NCBI GenBank assembly: GCA_036395055.1
Contig: DASWDX010000523.1
Location: 1-49,710 of the forward strand
Length of the DNA stretch: 49,710 bases
Origin: Pyrinomonadaceae bacterium
GTDB lineage: Bacteria > Acidobacteriota > Blastocatellia > Pyrinomonadales > Pyrinomonadaceae
Reading direction: 5' to 3'
The notes beneath the pieces were generated by a model, which was given only the letters and a program-made list of their open reading frames with translations, was not told the origin of the DNA and did not search any database. A program made the position numbers and the translations under genes. Below, piece by piece: positions 26,353 through 36,077 of the stretch. Position 1 is the first letter of the stretch. Each line of letters begins with the position of its first letter.

Positions 26353-29322
26353 ATGCCCCTACCACCTAACACGAGTCTTGGCCGTTATGAGATTCGCTCT
26401 TTGCTTGGCACTGGCGGCATGGGTGAAGTTTATCTCGCCTATGACACCAGCCTGCGTCGCCAGGTCGCCATCAAATTGCTCCCTGCTGAATTCACGCAAA
26501 ATAAAGTTCGCCTCAGCCGTTTCGAGCGTGAGGCCTATGCCGCCTCAAGTCTCAATCATCCCAACATCCTGACTATTTACGAGATCGGCGAACAGGACGG
26601 AAACCACTTCATTGCCACCGAGTACATTGAAGGCGAAAGCTTGCGCCATCACCTATCGCGCAAGCGCATCGAGTTAAGAGAAGTCTTAGATGTCACCTCA
26701 CAAGTCGCCGCAGCACTGGCTGCGGCACACGAGGCCGGCATCGTTCACCGCGACATCAAACCTGAGAACATCATGCTCAGGCGTGACGGGTTAGTAAAGG
26801 TGTTGGATTTCGGACTGGCTAAACTAGCCGATGACGCCGACTTAGGAGCGAGACAGGAAGCGATTGAAACAGAAGCACCGACAAAGACACGCGTGGTCAA
26901 CACTGAGCCCGGAATGGTAATGGGGACGGCCGGCTACATGTCACCAGAGCAGGCACGCGGTCTGCAGGTGGATGCGCGCAGTGACATTTGGAGTTTGGGC
27001 GTGGTGCTCTACGAGATGTTTTCAGGCCGGCTACCGTTTGAAGGCACGACGACGAGCGATGTGATAGCGACGATCCTATACCGGCAGCCGCCATCGCTGT
27101 TGCTCCACAAGTCCGATGTGCCCGCTGAGCTAGAGCGGATTGTAGAAAAAGCGTTGACGAAGGAGCGCGAAGAGCGATATCAGTCAGCGAAAGACTTGGG
27201 ATTAGATTTAAAGAGGCTGAAGCAACGCTTAGAGGTGGAAGCCGAACTCGAGCGCAGCATCACGCCTGAAGAGGGAGCCAAGCGTGTAAGTGCTCGGCTG
27301 GCGGTGGGTGGCGGACGATCAACCTCTTCAGGAGCAACGGTGACAGCCGCCACGGCGCAGACGACCGAACCGAGCGCCAGTCAAACGACCTCAAGCGCTG
27401 AGTACCTTATCACCGAGATCAAACGCCACAAGCGAGGCGTCGGTCTCACTCTCGGAGTGCTCGTCCTCGCGGCAGCCGCCACGATTGTCTTTTATTTCCA
27501 TCGCGCCGCTGCCTTGACTGAAAAAGATACGATTCTAATTGCGGATTTCGTCAACACGACAGGCGATTCCGTCTTTGACGGCACGCTCAAGCAAGGCCTG
27601 GCCGTGCAACTTACCCAGTCGCCGTTTCTGAATCTCTTTCCTGACGCGCGGGTACGCCAGACGCTGCGCCTGATGGGTCGATCCCCGGATGATCGTGTGA
27701 CGAAAGAGGTGGCCCGGGAGATCTGCCAGCGCCAGGGACTGAAGGCTTTCCTGGCCGGTTCAATCAGCAACCTCGGTACGAGCTACGTCATCACGCTGGA
27801 AGCGGTGAACGGACAGAGCGGCGAAGAGATTGCGAGCGAGCAGGCGGAAGCCGGAGCCAAGGAGGAAGTGCTGAAGACGCTTTCACAGGCGGCGAGCAAG
27901 CTGCGTGAGAAGCTGGGCGAGTCGCTCGGCTCGATTCACAAGTTCGACGCGCCACTGGAAGAGGCCACGACCTCATCGCTGGAGGCACTCAAAGCCTACT
28001 CCCTGGGGAACGAGCAGTCGATCAGCGGCAAGTGGCTGCAAGCGATTCCGTTTTACAAACACGCGGTGGAGCTTGACCCGAATTTCGCCCTCGCGTACAT
28101 CGGACTGGCAATACAATATGGCAATAGCAATCAGCCAGGGCTGGCGGCAGAAAATGCGGCCAAGGCCTTTGCGCTGAAAGACCGGGTGAGCGAATACGAG
28201 AAACTCCGCATCTCTTCTTTCTATTACTCTCAAGTCACCGGGGAAGTGGACAAGGCGATTGAAGTTCAAGAACTCATGAAGCGGACGTACCCGCGCGATC
28301 ATCGGGGGCCCGGCAACCTTTCTGACCGTTATTTGCGGATTGGGCAATTCGAGAGAGCCGTCGCCGAAGCCCGGGAAGCACTGCGTCTCAATCCGAACGC
28401 GGTCGCTTGGCATGCGAACCTGGGAGAGGCATTCCTTCGTCTCAATCGTTTCGCGGAGTCTAGGGAGGTTTTTGAGCAAGCGCAGCAGCAGAAGATAGAT
28501 ACGACAGACTTTCACACTCGGCTCTATCAGATCGCCTTCGTTAGCGGCGACGCAGGGGCGATGAAGCAACAACTTGACTGGTCCAGCGGCAAGCCAGATG
28601 AGTATGTGGCACTGGATTGGCAGACCCAAACTTCAGCCTTTGCCGCTCAGTATAAGCTGGCCCAGGATTTCTCGCACCGCTCGATTGACCTCGGCCTGCG
28701 CAGCGACGCGAAAGAAGTGGCCACGCAGTTTGCGGCCGAAGAAGCTCTGCGAGGGGCAGCCTTTGGCCAGTGTCAGCAGACGAAAGCGGATGCTGCGCAA
28801 GCCCTCGCCTTTGAACGCAACACGGTGTCTCTGACTCGCAGCGCCATCGCACTGGCGTTATGCGGCGAGGTTGGCCAGGCGCAACTGCTCGTTGATGAAC
28901 TCGCAAAGCGCTATCCCAAAGATACGCTAATCAACTTCATCTGGCTGCCGACCATCCGTGCTGCCATCGAACTCAATCGTAACAACCCCGCCCAGGCGGT
29001 TCAGTTATTAGAGGCGACGCGTCGCTATGAAGCGGCGGCTGAGTTCTGGCCGCAGTACCTGCGCGGCCAAGCCGATCTGCGGCAACAGAAGGGTGCGGAA
29101 GCAGCAGTCGAATTCCAAAGGATATTGGATCACCGCGGCGAGGCGCCGCTTTCAGCGTTATACCCACTCGCGCAGCTCGGTCTGGCTCGCGCTGCCGCAA
29201 TGGCTGGAGACACCACGAAAGCGCGCACGGCATATCAGAACTTTCTCGCGCTCTGGAAAGATGCTGATCAAGACATTCGCGTCCTTGAGGAAGCGAAGCA
29301 GGACTATGCAAAGCTAAAATAA
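26353..29322 (+). CDS. Ser/Thr protein kinase with TM segment, TolB-like periplasmic module and C-terminal TPR array
   Basis: Hanks kinase motifs GTGGMGEVYLA, AIK, HRDIKPEN, DFGLAK and SPEQ. A TM helix follows (LTLGVLVLAAAATIVFYF), then repeated TPR-like helices. Confidence 0.9.
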   Translation: MPLPPNTSLGRYEIRSLLGTGGMGEVYLAYDTSLRRQVAIKLLPAEFTQNKVRLSRFEREAYAASSLNHPNILTIYEIGEQDGNHFIATEYIEGESLRHHLSRKRIELREVLDVTSQVAAALAAAHEAGIVHRDIKPENIMLRRDGLVKVLDFGLAKLADDADLGARQEAIETEAPTKTRVVNTEPGMVMGTAGYMSPEQARGLQVDARSDIWSLGVVLYEMFSGRLPFEGTTTSDVIATILYRQPPSLLLHKSDVPAELERIVEKALTKEREERYQSAKDLGLDLKRLKQRLEVEAELERSITPEEGAKRVSARLAVGGGRSTSSGATVTAATAQTTEPSASQTTSSAEYLITEIKRHKRGVGLTLGVLVLAAAATIVFYFHRAAALTEKDTILIADFVNTTGDSVFDGTLKQGLAVQLTQSPFLNLFPDARVRQTLRLMGRSPDDRVTKEVAREICQRQGLKAFLAGSISNLGTSYVITLEAVNGQSGEEIASEQAEAGAKEEVLKTLSQAASKLREKLGESLGSIHKFDAPLEEATTSSLEALKAYSLGNEQSISGKWLQAIPFYKHAVELDPNFALAYIGLAIQYGNSNQPGLAAENAAKAFALKDRVSEYEKLRISSFYYSQVTGEVDKAIEVQELMKRTYPRDHRGPGNLSDRYLRIGQFERAVAEAREALRLNPNAVAWHANLGEAFLRLNRFAESREVFEQAQQQKIDTTDFHTRLYQIAFVSGDAGAMKQQLDWSSGKPDEYVALDWQTQTSAFAAQYKLAQDFSHRSIDLGLRSDAKEVATQFAAEEALRGAAFGQCQQTKADAAQALAFERNTVSLTRSAIALALCGEVGQAQLLVDELAKRYPKDTLINFIWLPTIRAAIELNRNNPAQAVQLLEATRRYEAAAEFWPQYLRGQADLRQQKGAEAAVEFQRILDHRGEAPLSALYPLAQLGLARAAAMAGDTTKARTAYQNFLALWKDADQDIRVLEEAKQDYAKLK

Positions 29323-29799
29323 AGCAAGCATTTTCTTTGAGCAGCACTTCGCACTCAACACATTGTCCTAAGGGCCTGCCGGGTGCTTCAAATTAATGCC
29401 GTGCAGACGTGTTATTGCGGCTCCCCTTCAATTAAGTTGCTGCAAGGCGTTCCTTCCTTCTCTCAAACGCAAGCCCTCCGACCCAGATGGCGAGCCCACA
29501 TACTTAATTGAGGATTTGGATTTGAATAAACTAGTGATGCGAATCTCTTTGAAGCGTCGGGATCCCAACAAGACCGACTTTGCAGCGCTTGGCACTATAA
29601 GCCAGCTTGGGGGGTTCATCGTTTTTGAGAAAAAATAGAAAAAGCGTTGATCGCTGTTCCAAAAAGCAAGATAGATAAAAGCAGGCCGCATACGAGCGGA
29701 AGAAACTTTCAGAGAAGAAACGAAAATGTTGCTTGAATGGTTCGCCGCGCCCGGTGAATTCGATCGTTACATGCTATCGTTTGAGGAAGGAGAATACAG

Positions 29800-30210
29800 A
29801 TGAATAAGTGGATGAGCTTCAGTCTCGCGTCCGCGGTCTTGCTCATTAGTTTGGTAGCAATAGCGCAAGAATCAGGTGTCGTCAAGCCCCAATTACTCCT
29901 GAGCGAGATCGTCCAAGGGATGCCTAAAGGCGAGAGGCAGGAGGTGCGCGTCCTCACGGCAAACTTCCAACGGGGTGATAAGACTATGTTCCATACGCAC
30001 CGTTTCCCGGTGACTGTCTATGTTCTGGAAGGCTTATTCACATTAGAAATGGAGGGGCGCGAGCCAGTCACGGTCAAAGCTGGTCAGGCGATGGTGATGC
30101 CGCCGCACGTGAAAATGACAGGTTATAACCGCAGCAGCACCGAGTCGTTGCGGTTGGTGATCTTTTCTGTGAGTGATCCAGACACACCGTTCCTAGACCC
30201 CATACACTAG
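29800..30210 (+). CDS. Secreted cupin-domain protein
   Basis: Signal peptide MNKWMSFSLASAVLLISLVAIAQE. Cupin core FHTHRFPVTVYVLEG ... GQAMVMPPHV. Confidence 0.7.
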   Translation: MNKWMSFSLASAVLLISLVAIAQESGVVKPQLLLSEIVQGMPKGERQEVRVLTANFQRGDKTMFHTHRFPVTVYVLEGLFTLEMEGREPVTVKAGQAMVMPPHVKMTGYNRSSTESLRLVIFSVSDPDTPFLDPIH

Positions 30211-30274
30211 TGAGCTACGAGAAAATTGCTTATACGGTATATGAGACACTACGCAAGTAGGGTTAATCGCTAAG

Positions 30275-31981
30275 TCACTGCGACAGGCCGATGCGCTGCA
30301 CCAAATCTTGGACTCTTGGATCCGCACGAACAACACTGAACTGTGGCCACACTTTGAGATAAACCAAGTGGAAGCAATGCTCCTTGTATGCTTTTTCCAA
30401 CAATTTAAATTCCTGTTCGTTGTCGCCAAGGGCCACATAGATTGCCGCTGTCTCATATGATGATACATAGCGTTCCTTTGAAAGCTCCTTTAGCTCATTA
30501 AGTATCGTTATTGCTTCATCTTTCCTGTTAGCTTTCGCATAGGCGTGGGCAAGAGACGCCTTCATCAGCAGACTGCCTCCCGATAGGGCGGTTGCCGTTT
30601 GAAACTCTGCAATGGCCTCGTCAAACATGTCCTTTTGCTCGTAAGCCAGCGCGAGGTGCCAGTGAGCGACAGCGAAGTTCGGATCCATCTCTATGGTCCT
30701 GCGGCATTGTTCTATAGCATCGTCATAGCGCTCCGCGAAGTAGAGAGTCGCTCCCATGAACGTATTCATTACGAGAGACGTTGGCTCAAGCACCAGCGCC
30801 CGTTTCATTTCCTGTAGAGCCAAATCCACTCGCCCAATTGCCGTTAAATAGTGAACGGCATACCACTGGTGAGCCGTCGCATAATCCGGGTTGAGTTCTA
30901 TACTGAGCTTGAACTCTTTCTCCGCCTCCGACCAATTCCAATCGTAATTCAGTAGGACGTGCGCGAGTGAGGCATGCGCTTCGGCGAGCGCATTATCTAT
31001 CGCAAGCGCATTCATTGCAGCTTCTTTCGCCTTCGGCATTGTTTCGTTGGGGGCGGCAAAATTATAGAACGTCAGTCCGATGTAAGAATCCGCCAATCCC
31101 ACGTAAGCAAGCCCGTAGTTAGAATCCGTTTCGACCGCCTGCTTGAACTGTGCGATGCCTCGATTGAAACCGTCCTCTGTTCTCTTATTCCAGAAATAGC
31201 GGCCTTTGAGATAAAGCTGATAGGCTTCAGCGTTATCGGTGTAACGCTTTGTCAAACCCTTCTGCTGTTCTCCCGAAAGCTTCAGGGCCAGCGCTTCCGC
31301 CACCTTACCCGAGATAGAGTCTTCGACTTTGAATATATCGGTAAAGTTTTCGTCGAATTTGTCCGCCCATAGCACCGAGCCATCAGGCACGCTCACAAGC
31401 CGTGCTGTAACTCTTATCCGTTCTCCCAGCCTGCGGATGCTTCCTTCCAAGACCGTGTCCACCTCAAGTTCTCGACCAGCCCAAACCGTGTCCTTCTCAG
31501 GGGACGCGTACTTGAGGACGGCGCTGGTTGGACGCACTGCTAGTAGCTTTAGGCTACTGAGCCTGGTTGTTAACGTCTCGGCTATTCCAATGCCCAGATA
31601 TTCATCGTTGCCATCTATTTCTAATGCCTTAAACGGAAGCACCGCTATTGATTTGATGGTCTTTCTCACGGTTGCTACAAAGCGGTAACCGCGACGTGGC
31701 ACTGTCTCTATAAATTTCTGACTTTCACTCTCGTCCAGCGCCTTTCTCAGCAGCGAGATGTTCTGCGCAAGGCTCCCCTCTTCAACAAAGGTATTGGGCC
31801 AAAGTCTTTGCATCAATTCGTTCTTCTCAAGAAGGTGCCCGCTGTTCTCCACAAGCGCCAGCAGCATGTCGAATGCTTTCGGACTGAGCGGAACAATTTC
31901 TTCGTCGTGCAGCAGAAGGCGTTCCCTCGCATCGAGGCGGAACGGACCGAATTCGTAGGAATGCTTTGTTAGCCGGCTCAT
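30275..31981 (-). CDS. Transcriptional regulator: OmpR/CadC-type winged-helix DNA-binding domain + TolB-like module + TPR repeats
   Basis: YEFGPFRLDARERLLLHDEEIVPLSPKAFDMLLALVEN...ETVPRRGYRFVA is the trans_reg_C domain. SIAVLPFKALE follows. The C-terminus is TPR sequence (AYVGLADSY, AHWHLALAYEQ). Confidence 0.85.
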   Translation of the reverse strand: MSRLTKHSYEFGPFRLDARERLLLHDEEIVPLSPKAFDMLLALVENSGHLLEKNELMQRLWPNTFVEEGSLAQNISLLRKALDESESQKFIETVPRRGYRFVATVRKTIKSIAVLPFKALEIDGNDEYLGIGIAETLTTRLSSLKLLAVRPTSAVLKYASPEKDTVWAGRELEVDTVLEGSIRRLGERIRVTARLVSVPDGSVLWADKFDENFTDIFKVEDSISGKVAEALALKLSGEQQKGLTKRYTDNAEAYQLYLKGRYFWNKRTEDGFNRGIAQFKQAVETDSNYGLAYVGLADSYIGLTFYNFAAPNETMPKAKEAAMNALAIDNALAEAHASLAHVLLNYDWNWSEAEKEFKLSIELNPDYATAHQWYAVHYLTAIGRVDLALQEMKRALVLEPTSLVMNTFMGATLYFAERYDDAIEQCRRTIEMDPNFAVAHWHLALAYEQKDMFDEAIAEFQTATALSGGSLLMKASLAHAYAKANRKDEAITILNELKELSKERYVSSYETAAIYVALGDNEQEFKLLEKAYKEHCFHLVYLKVWPQFSVVRADPRVQDLVQRIGLSQ

Positions 31982-32312
31982 AAGCTCTTTCAGATGTCAT
32001 GAGAGTTTTATGAGAGTTTTGTCCAGACTCTCGCAGGACTTCCAGACTGGCTCTGGAGCAATGTGCAGCGTGTGGAGTACGGGCAACAACGCTTGGGTTT
32101 AGAAGTCCAAAGGGCCCGCATTACTTAGCCCAATCGGCCAGCCCGCATCAATTGCGGGTAACCGTGAATTTGCCACGCCTGTCGCACTAATGATTAAAGA
32201 CAACAGTTTGCCCTTGAGTGATGTTTGCAAGGCACAGATGCGAACGCGAGCTTATCACGGCTTGAACGACTTGATGAACCTCAAAAGGAGAATTCATCCA
32301 AAGGAGAATCCA

Positions 32313-33674
32313 ATGAAAATAGCAAAGGTTTTACTAGTCTTAGCCGTTCTTTCCGTCCTATTCATGACGACGGCCAGGGCCGATGAAGTCACAGACTGGA
32401 ATCGGAACCTGTTTGAGGCGGCGCCTACGCTGCCGCCGGGAAATACCGTCGAGCAGTGGAACACAATCGCCGAGAACACCGTCGTGGGCTCGGGCGCGTT
32501 CCAGGCCGAGGGCCTGATCTATATGGCCTACGTCTCAGCGGCGGTGTACGACGCGGCCGTCTCAATCGAAGGTGGGTACGAGCCGTACGCCTCGGGCGTC
32601 GCGGCCGCACCCGGAGCGTCCACGGACGCCGCGGTGATCGAGGCTGCATACCGGACGCTCGTCAACTACTTTCCGGCGCAGGGAGCGACGCTGGGCTCTT
32701 TTTACGCTGAGGCGCTCGCGGTGATTCCTGACGGCGCGGCAAAAACTGCCGGACAGGCTGTCGGTCTGGCGACGGCGACGAATATCATCAATCTGCGCGC
32801 CGGCGATGGACGCCTGACGCCGATCGGCGTGACTTCCTCGTTCCTGACACTGTCGCCTGGCCCGGGCGTGTGGCGCCGGACTCCGGCTGCGTTCGCGGCG
32901 CCGCAGACTCCGTGGGTAGGGAACGTGCGGCCTTTCATCCTGCAGGACGCTGCTCAGTTTCTCCCCGATCCGCCGCCGTCGCTTCAGAGCAGCGAGTGGG
33001 TCGAAGGCTTCAACCAGATCAAGACGTTCGGCCAAGTGACCTCCAGTGTGCGAACCGCTGAGCAGACCGCGATCGCACAGTTCTGGTCGGCGAACATAGT
33101 ACGACAGTACAACCGCCTCGCCCGCGAAGTGGCTGAAGACCGCGGTCTTGGACTGCTCCAAAGTGCTCGGCTCGCGGCGATGGTAAATATCGTCGGCGCC
33201 GACGCGCTGATCTCGTGCTTGTTTGCGAAGTACCACTATCTGTTTTGGCGGCCCGTCACGGCCATCGACCCGACGGCGGTTACTGCCGATGGTTTCGGTC
33301 CGGTTCCTGGATATGACGATGACAACGCGGCGACGCTCGAGCAGTTGGGATGGAGGCCGCTTTTGGCGACGCCGAACCATCCGGAATATCCCGCCGCGCA
33401 CGGAGCCATCACATCCGCGATGGCTGAGGTTCTCAGCAGGTTCCTCGGCTCACAGCAATTCAACCTCGACATCCACGGCTTCGACGCCGCCGGCCCGGCT
33501 GGCAACCTGAACGCCGTGAATCACTTCGACATGCCAAACGATCTTCGCAACGAGATCATCTATGCGCGTCTCTGGGCAGGCCTGCACTACCACTTTTCCA
33601 GCGTCGCCGGCGTGGTCCTTGGACGAAACGTCGCGGAGTACGATCTCAGGCGCGCCTTTCGATCACTTCGATAG
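32313..33674 (+). CDS. PAP2-superfamily protein, vanadium-dependent haloperoxidase / acid phosphatase-like, secreted
   Basis: AAGGAGA Shine-Dalgarno before the ATG at 32313. Signal peptide MKIAKVLLVLAVLSVLFMTTARA. PAP2 motifs: K..LFWRP, HPEYPAAHG, ARLWAGLHYHFS. Visibly GC-richer than neighbours. Confidence 0.8.
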   Translation: MKIAKVLLVLAVLSVLFMTTARADEVTDWNRNLFEAAPTLPPGNTVEQWNTIAENTVVGSGAFQAEGLIYMAYVSAAVYDAAVSIEGGYEPYASGVAAAPGASTDAAVIEAAYRTLVNYFPAQGATLGSFYAEALAVIPDGAAKTAGQAVGLATATNIINLRAGDGRLTPIGVTSSFLTLSPGPGVWRRTPAAFAAPQTPWVGNVRPFILQDAAQFLPDPPPSLQSSEWVEGFNQIKTFGQVTSSVRTAEQTAIAQFWSANIVRQYNRLAREVAEDRGLGLLQSARLAAMVNIVGADALISCLFAKYHYLFWRPVTAIDPTAVTADGFGPVPGYDDDNAATLEQLGWRPLLATPNHPEYPAAHGAITSAMAEVLSRFLGSQQFNLDIHGFDAAGPAGNLNAVNHFDMPNDLRNEIIYARLWAGLHYHFSSVAGVVLGRNVAEYDLRRAFRSLR

Positions 33675-33694
33675 AAACAACCTTGAGCCTTTTG

Positions 33695-33719
33695 GGACGC
33701 GCCGATCGGAAGCGCGTCC
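33695..33719 (+). terminator. Hairpin after the PAP2 gene (weak terminator candidate)
   Basis: GGACGCGC-cgatcggaa-GCGCGTCC lies 20 nt after the stop. There is no clear U-tract. Confidence 0.3.
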
Positions 33720-33849
33720 TAGCGGCCGGCATCGTCTTAAATTCGAATGGCCGGGGCCCGACTGTTCGTTGAGGCTAATAAGCAATAAGTGAAGATAAGG
33801 TGAAAAATTATGAGAACTAAAGTTGCGGCCCAAACCTCGATTTCCATTT

Positions 33850-34275
33850 TGACGTTTCTCGTCCTGCTTGTTTTCGGCAGGACGACTTTCACAGCCGCGC
33901 CCGGCGACCTCGAATCGCACGGGCGACACGCACGGCAACCCCGAGACCGAGCCTGACCCCTGGCCGCGGTCACCGCCTTGACCTGTTGGCCCAGCACGCC
34001 AAGGGAGCGGCGGGCCGCCTGGACGACCTTTGCCTCGTCGGGAATCTCACCCGCTGGGCGATCACCGATGAGCTTCATCTCGACTGTTAGTGCCTCGGAT
34101 CGCCAGCGCCTGTTTTCCTCGACGACCGCTTCTTTGATCGAGGCCATCACCCTTTGCTCGAGCTTGAGGAGCTCCTCCATGCTGTTCGAGCGCATATCGA
34201 TGGTCATTCGCGCCTCCCCCTGCGATCGCGTTGACCGAGATGCCCCCGCGCACGGTCCGGACCGTGAACGCTATG
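33850..34275 (-). pseudogene. M20-family peptidase, C-terminal fragment with frameshifts
   Basis: ...TVRGGISVNAIAGG | EARMTIDMRSNSMEELLKLEQRV... matches the GG.s.NaIp.ea....D.Rs dimerisation-domain region. A frame change occurs at the C/G run 34214-34221. There is a second frame change near 33950. The catalytic N-terminal half is absent, because the ggt stop lies directly upstream. Confidence 0.55.
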
Positions 34276-34288
34276 AGCAGTTTTTTTA

Positions 34289-36043
34289 TCAGTAGCCAAC
34301 AGCTCGTGCGTTCGGATTACGCGGGTCTGAAGCGCCAAGGCGCATTCCCGTCGCAGGCTCGATCATTATCCCCTCGACATCACCCCAGTAGCGCGCATTT
34401 AGCCCAAACCTGTGTCCCTTCTTTGTTAGTGCGTCCATGACATCCTTTGCTATTCCATACGGCTCATACCTGACAACATCGGGCAGCCATTGATGATGGA
34501 TGCGCGGCGCGTTGACGGCATGCTGCAGGTTCATCCCGTGATCGATGACGTTGGTAAGAACCTGCAAAACTTGGGTGATGATCGTCGGCCCGCCTTCACT
34601 GCCGAGAACCGCAAAGAGCTTACCGTCTTTCAAGACAATAGTCGGCGTCGTTGATGAGACGGGGCGTTTGCCGGCTGCGATGATATTGGCTTCGCTCTGG
34701 ATCAACCCGTCTTGAGTCGGGATCCCGGCTTTAACTGTAAAGTCATTCATCTCGTTATTGAGAAGAAACCCCGCGCCGCGAACCGTCACGCCACTGCCGT
34801 AGGCATTCTCGAGCGTATAAGTATTTGAAACCGCATTCCCCATAGCGTCAACGACGCTGAAATGCGTCGTTTCGGTCGGCTCATTAACGTTTGCACGACC
34901 GTTTCGGATCGCGGTGCTGGGAGTTGCACGATCGAGATTTATGGTCTTCGCCAACCCTGCCGCATAACTCTTTGACGTGAGCTCTGCGACCGGAACCTTC
35001 ACGAAATCAGGGTCGCCGAAATGCCGTGCCCGATCCGCAAACCCCCGCCGCATGACCTCGATCATAAGGTGGTACTTCGCTGACGAGTTATGACCCATGG
35101 CGGCAAGATCGTATTGCTCTAAAACATTCAGCATCTCGATCAGCAAAGTTCCGCCCGTGCTGGGAGGCGACATCGAGATGATCTCGTAACCCCTGTACGT
35201 CCCTCGTACCGGCGGGCGTTCTTTGGCCTCGTATGCCTTCAGATCTTCAAGCGTGATTAGACCGCCGTTGGCGTCCATCTCCTGACCGATCAGCTGCGCC
35301 GTGCGTCCTTCATAAAATTCACGAGGTCCATCCTTCTGCAACCGTTTGAGCGTCTCCGCCAGATCGGGCTGCTTAAAGGTATCTCCGACTTGGTAGTGGT
35401 TACCGTCCCGAAGGAAAATGCGGCGGGTTTCCGGAAATTGCTCAAGGTGCTTTATAACGCTATCTACCCTGCCGACCTTATTGAAATCCGAAAAGACGAA
35501 ACCTTCGGAAGCCAACCTGCGAGCGGGCTCAATAACATCGCGCCACTTCATCGTGCCGTACTTCTCGAGCGCTAACGCAAAACCCGCGACGGTCCCCGGC
35601 ACGCCGACGGCGCGATGACCTTTGCGCGTAATGTCCGGAATAACTTCACCCCTCTGATCAAGAAAAATGTCTCGCCGCGCTTTAGCTGGCGCCCGTTCGC
35701 GGTAATCAATTGCAGTGGTTTTGCCGTCAGCCATTCTGATCAACATGAAACCGCCGCCGCCAATGTTACCGGAACCGGGCCAAGTGACGGCGAGCGCCAA
35801 ACCGACAGCGACAGCGGCGTCAACGGCATTACCGCCCCGTTTCAAGATCTCAACCCCGACTTGCGATGCGATCTCATCGGACGAAGCAACGACTCCTTGC
35901 CGAGCCCGGACCGGCGAATATGCCGGCGACTGACTCATAACGGGTACGCAGACGGGCGGCGTAAGCTGGAAGGAAAGTAGGAGACAAATGAGAATCAGCT
36001 TTGGCAGCCGAGTGATTCTGTTACTTTCAGCATTATGTGTCAT
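34289..36043 (-). CDS. ggt: Gamma-glutamyltransferase
   Basis: TETTHFSVVD (autoprocessing Thr), GFLLNNEMNDF, PVSSTTPTIV and GSEGGP. Signal/TM sequence at the N-terminus. ATG at 36043 preferred over 36097. Confidence 0.9.
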   Translation of the reverse strand: MTHNAESNRITRLPKLILICLLLSFQLTPPVCVPVMSQSPAYSPVRARQGVVASSDEIASQVGVEILKRGGNAVDAAVAVGLALAVTWPGSGNIGGGGFMLIRMADGKTTAIDYRERAPAKARRDIFLDQRGEVIPDITRKGHRAVGVPGTVAGFALALEKYGTMKWRDVIEPARRLASEGFVFSDFNKVGRVDSVIKHLEQFPETRRIFLRDGNHYQVGDTFKQPDLAETLKRLQKDGPREFYEGRTAQLIGQEMDANGGLITLEDLKAYEAKERPPVRGTYRGYEIISMSPPSTGGTLLIEMLNVLEQYDLAAMGHNSSAKYHLMIEVMRRGFADRARHFGDPDFVKVPVAELTSKSYAAGLAKTINLDRATPSTAIRNGRANVNEPTETTHFSVVDAMGNAVSNTYTLENAYGSGVTVRGAGFLLNNEMNDFTVKAGIPTQDGLIQSEANIIAAGKRPVSSTTPTIVLKDGKLFAVLGSEGGPTIITQVLQVLTNVIDHGMNLQHAVNAPRIHHQWLPDVVRYEPYGIAKDVMDALTKKGHRFGLNARYWGDVEGIMIEPATGMRLGASDPRNPNARAVGY

Positions 36044-36077
36044 AAAGCCCTCGACCTCTCCCTCAAGATGGGACAGG

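Noticed and set aside
27973-28629. 218-aa minus-strand ORF inside the kinase-TPR gene
   Set aside because: It is an antisense shadow ORF with no motifs, and the sense strand has a clear TPR reading frame.
29396-29691. Small overlapping ORFs (80 aa on plus, 87 aa on minus) in the kinase-cupin spacer
   Set aside because: They have no motifs, no ribosome-binding site and an AT-rich low-complexity tail, so the region is most likely non-coding.
32562-33401. 279-aa minus-strand ORF (plus several others at 32425-33510)
   Set aside because: These are Arg/Pro-rich shadow ORFs antisense to the GC-rich PAP2 gene, a typical high-GC artefact with no recognisable motifs.
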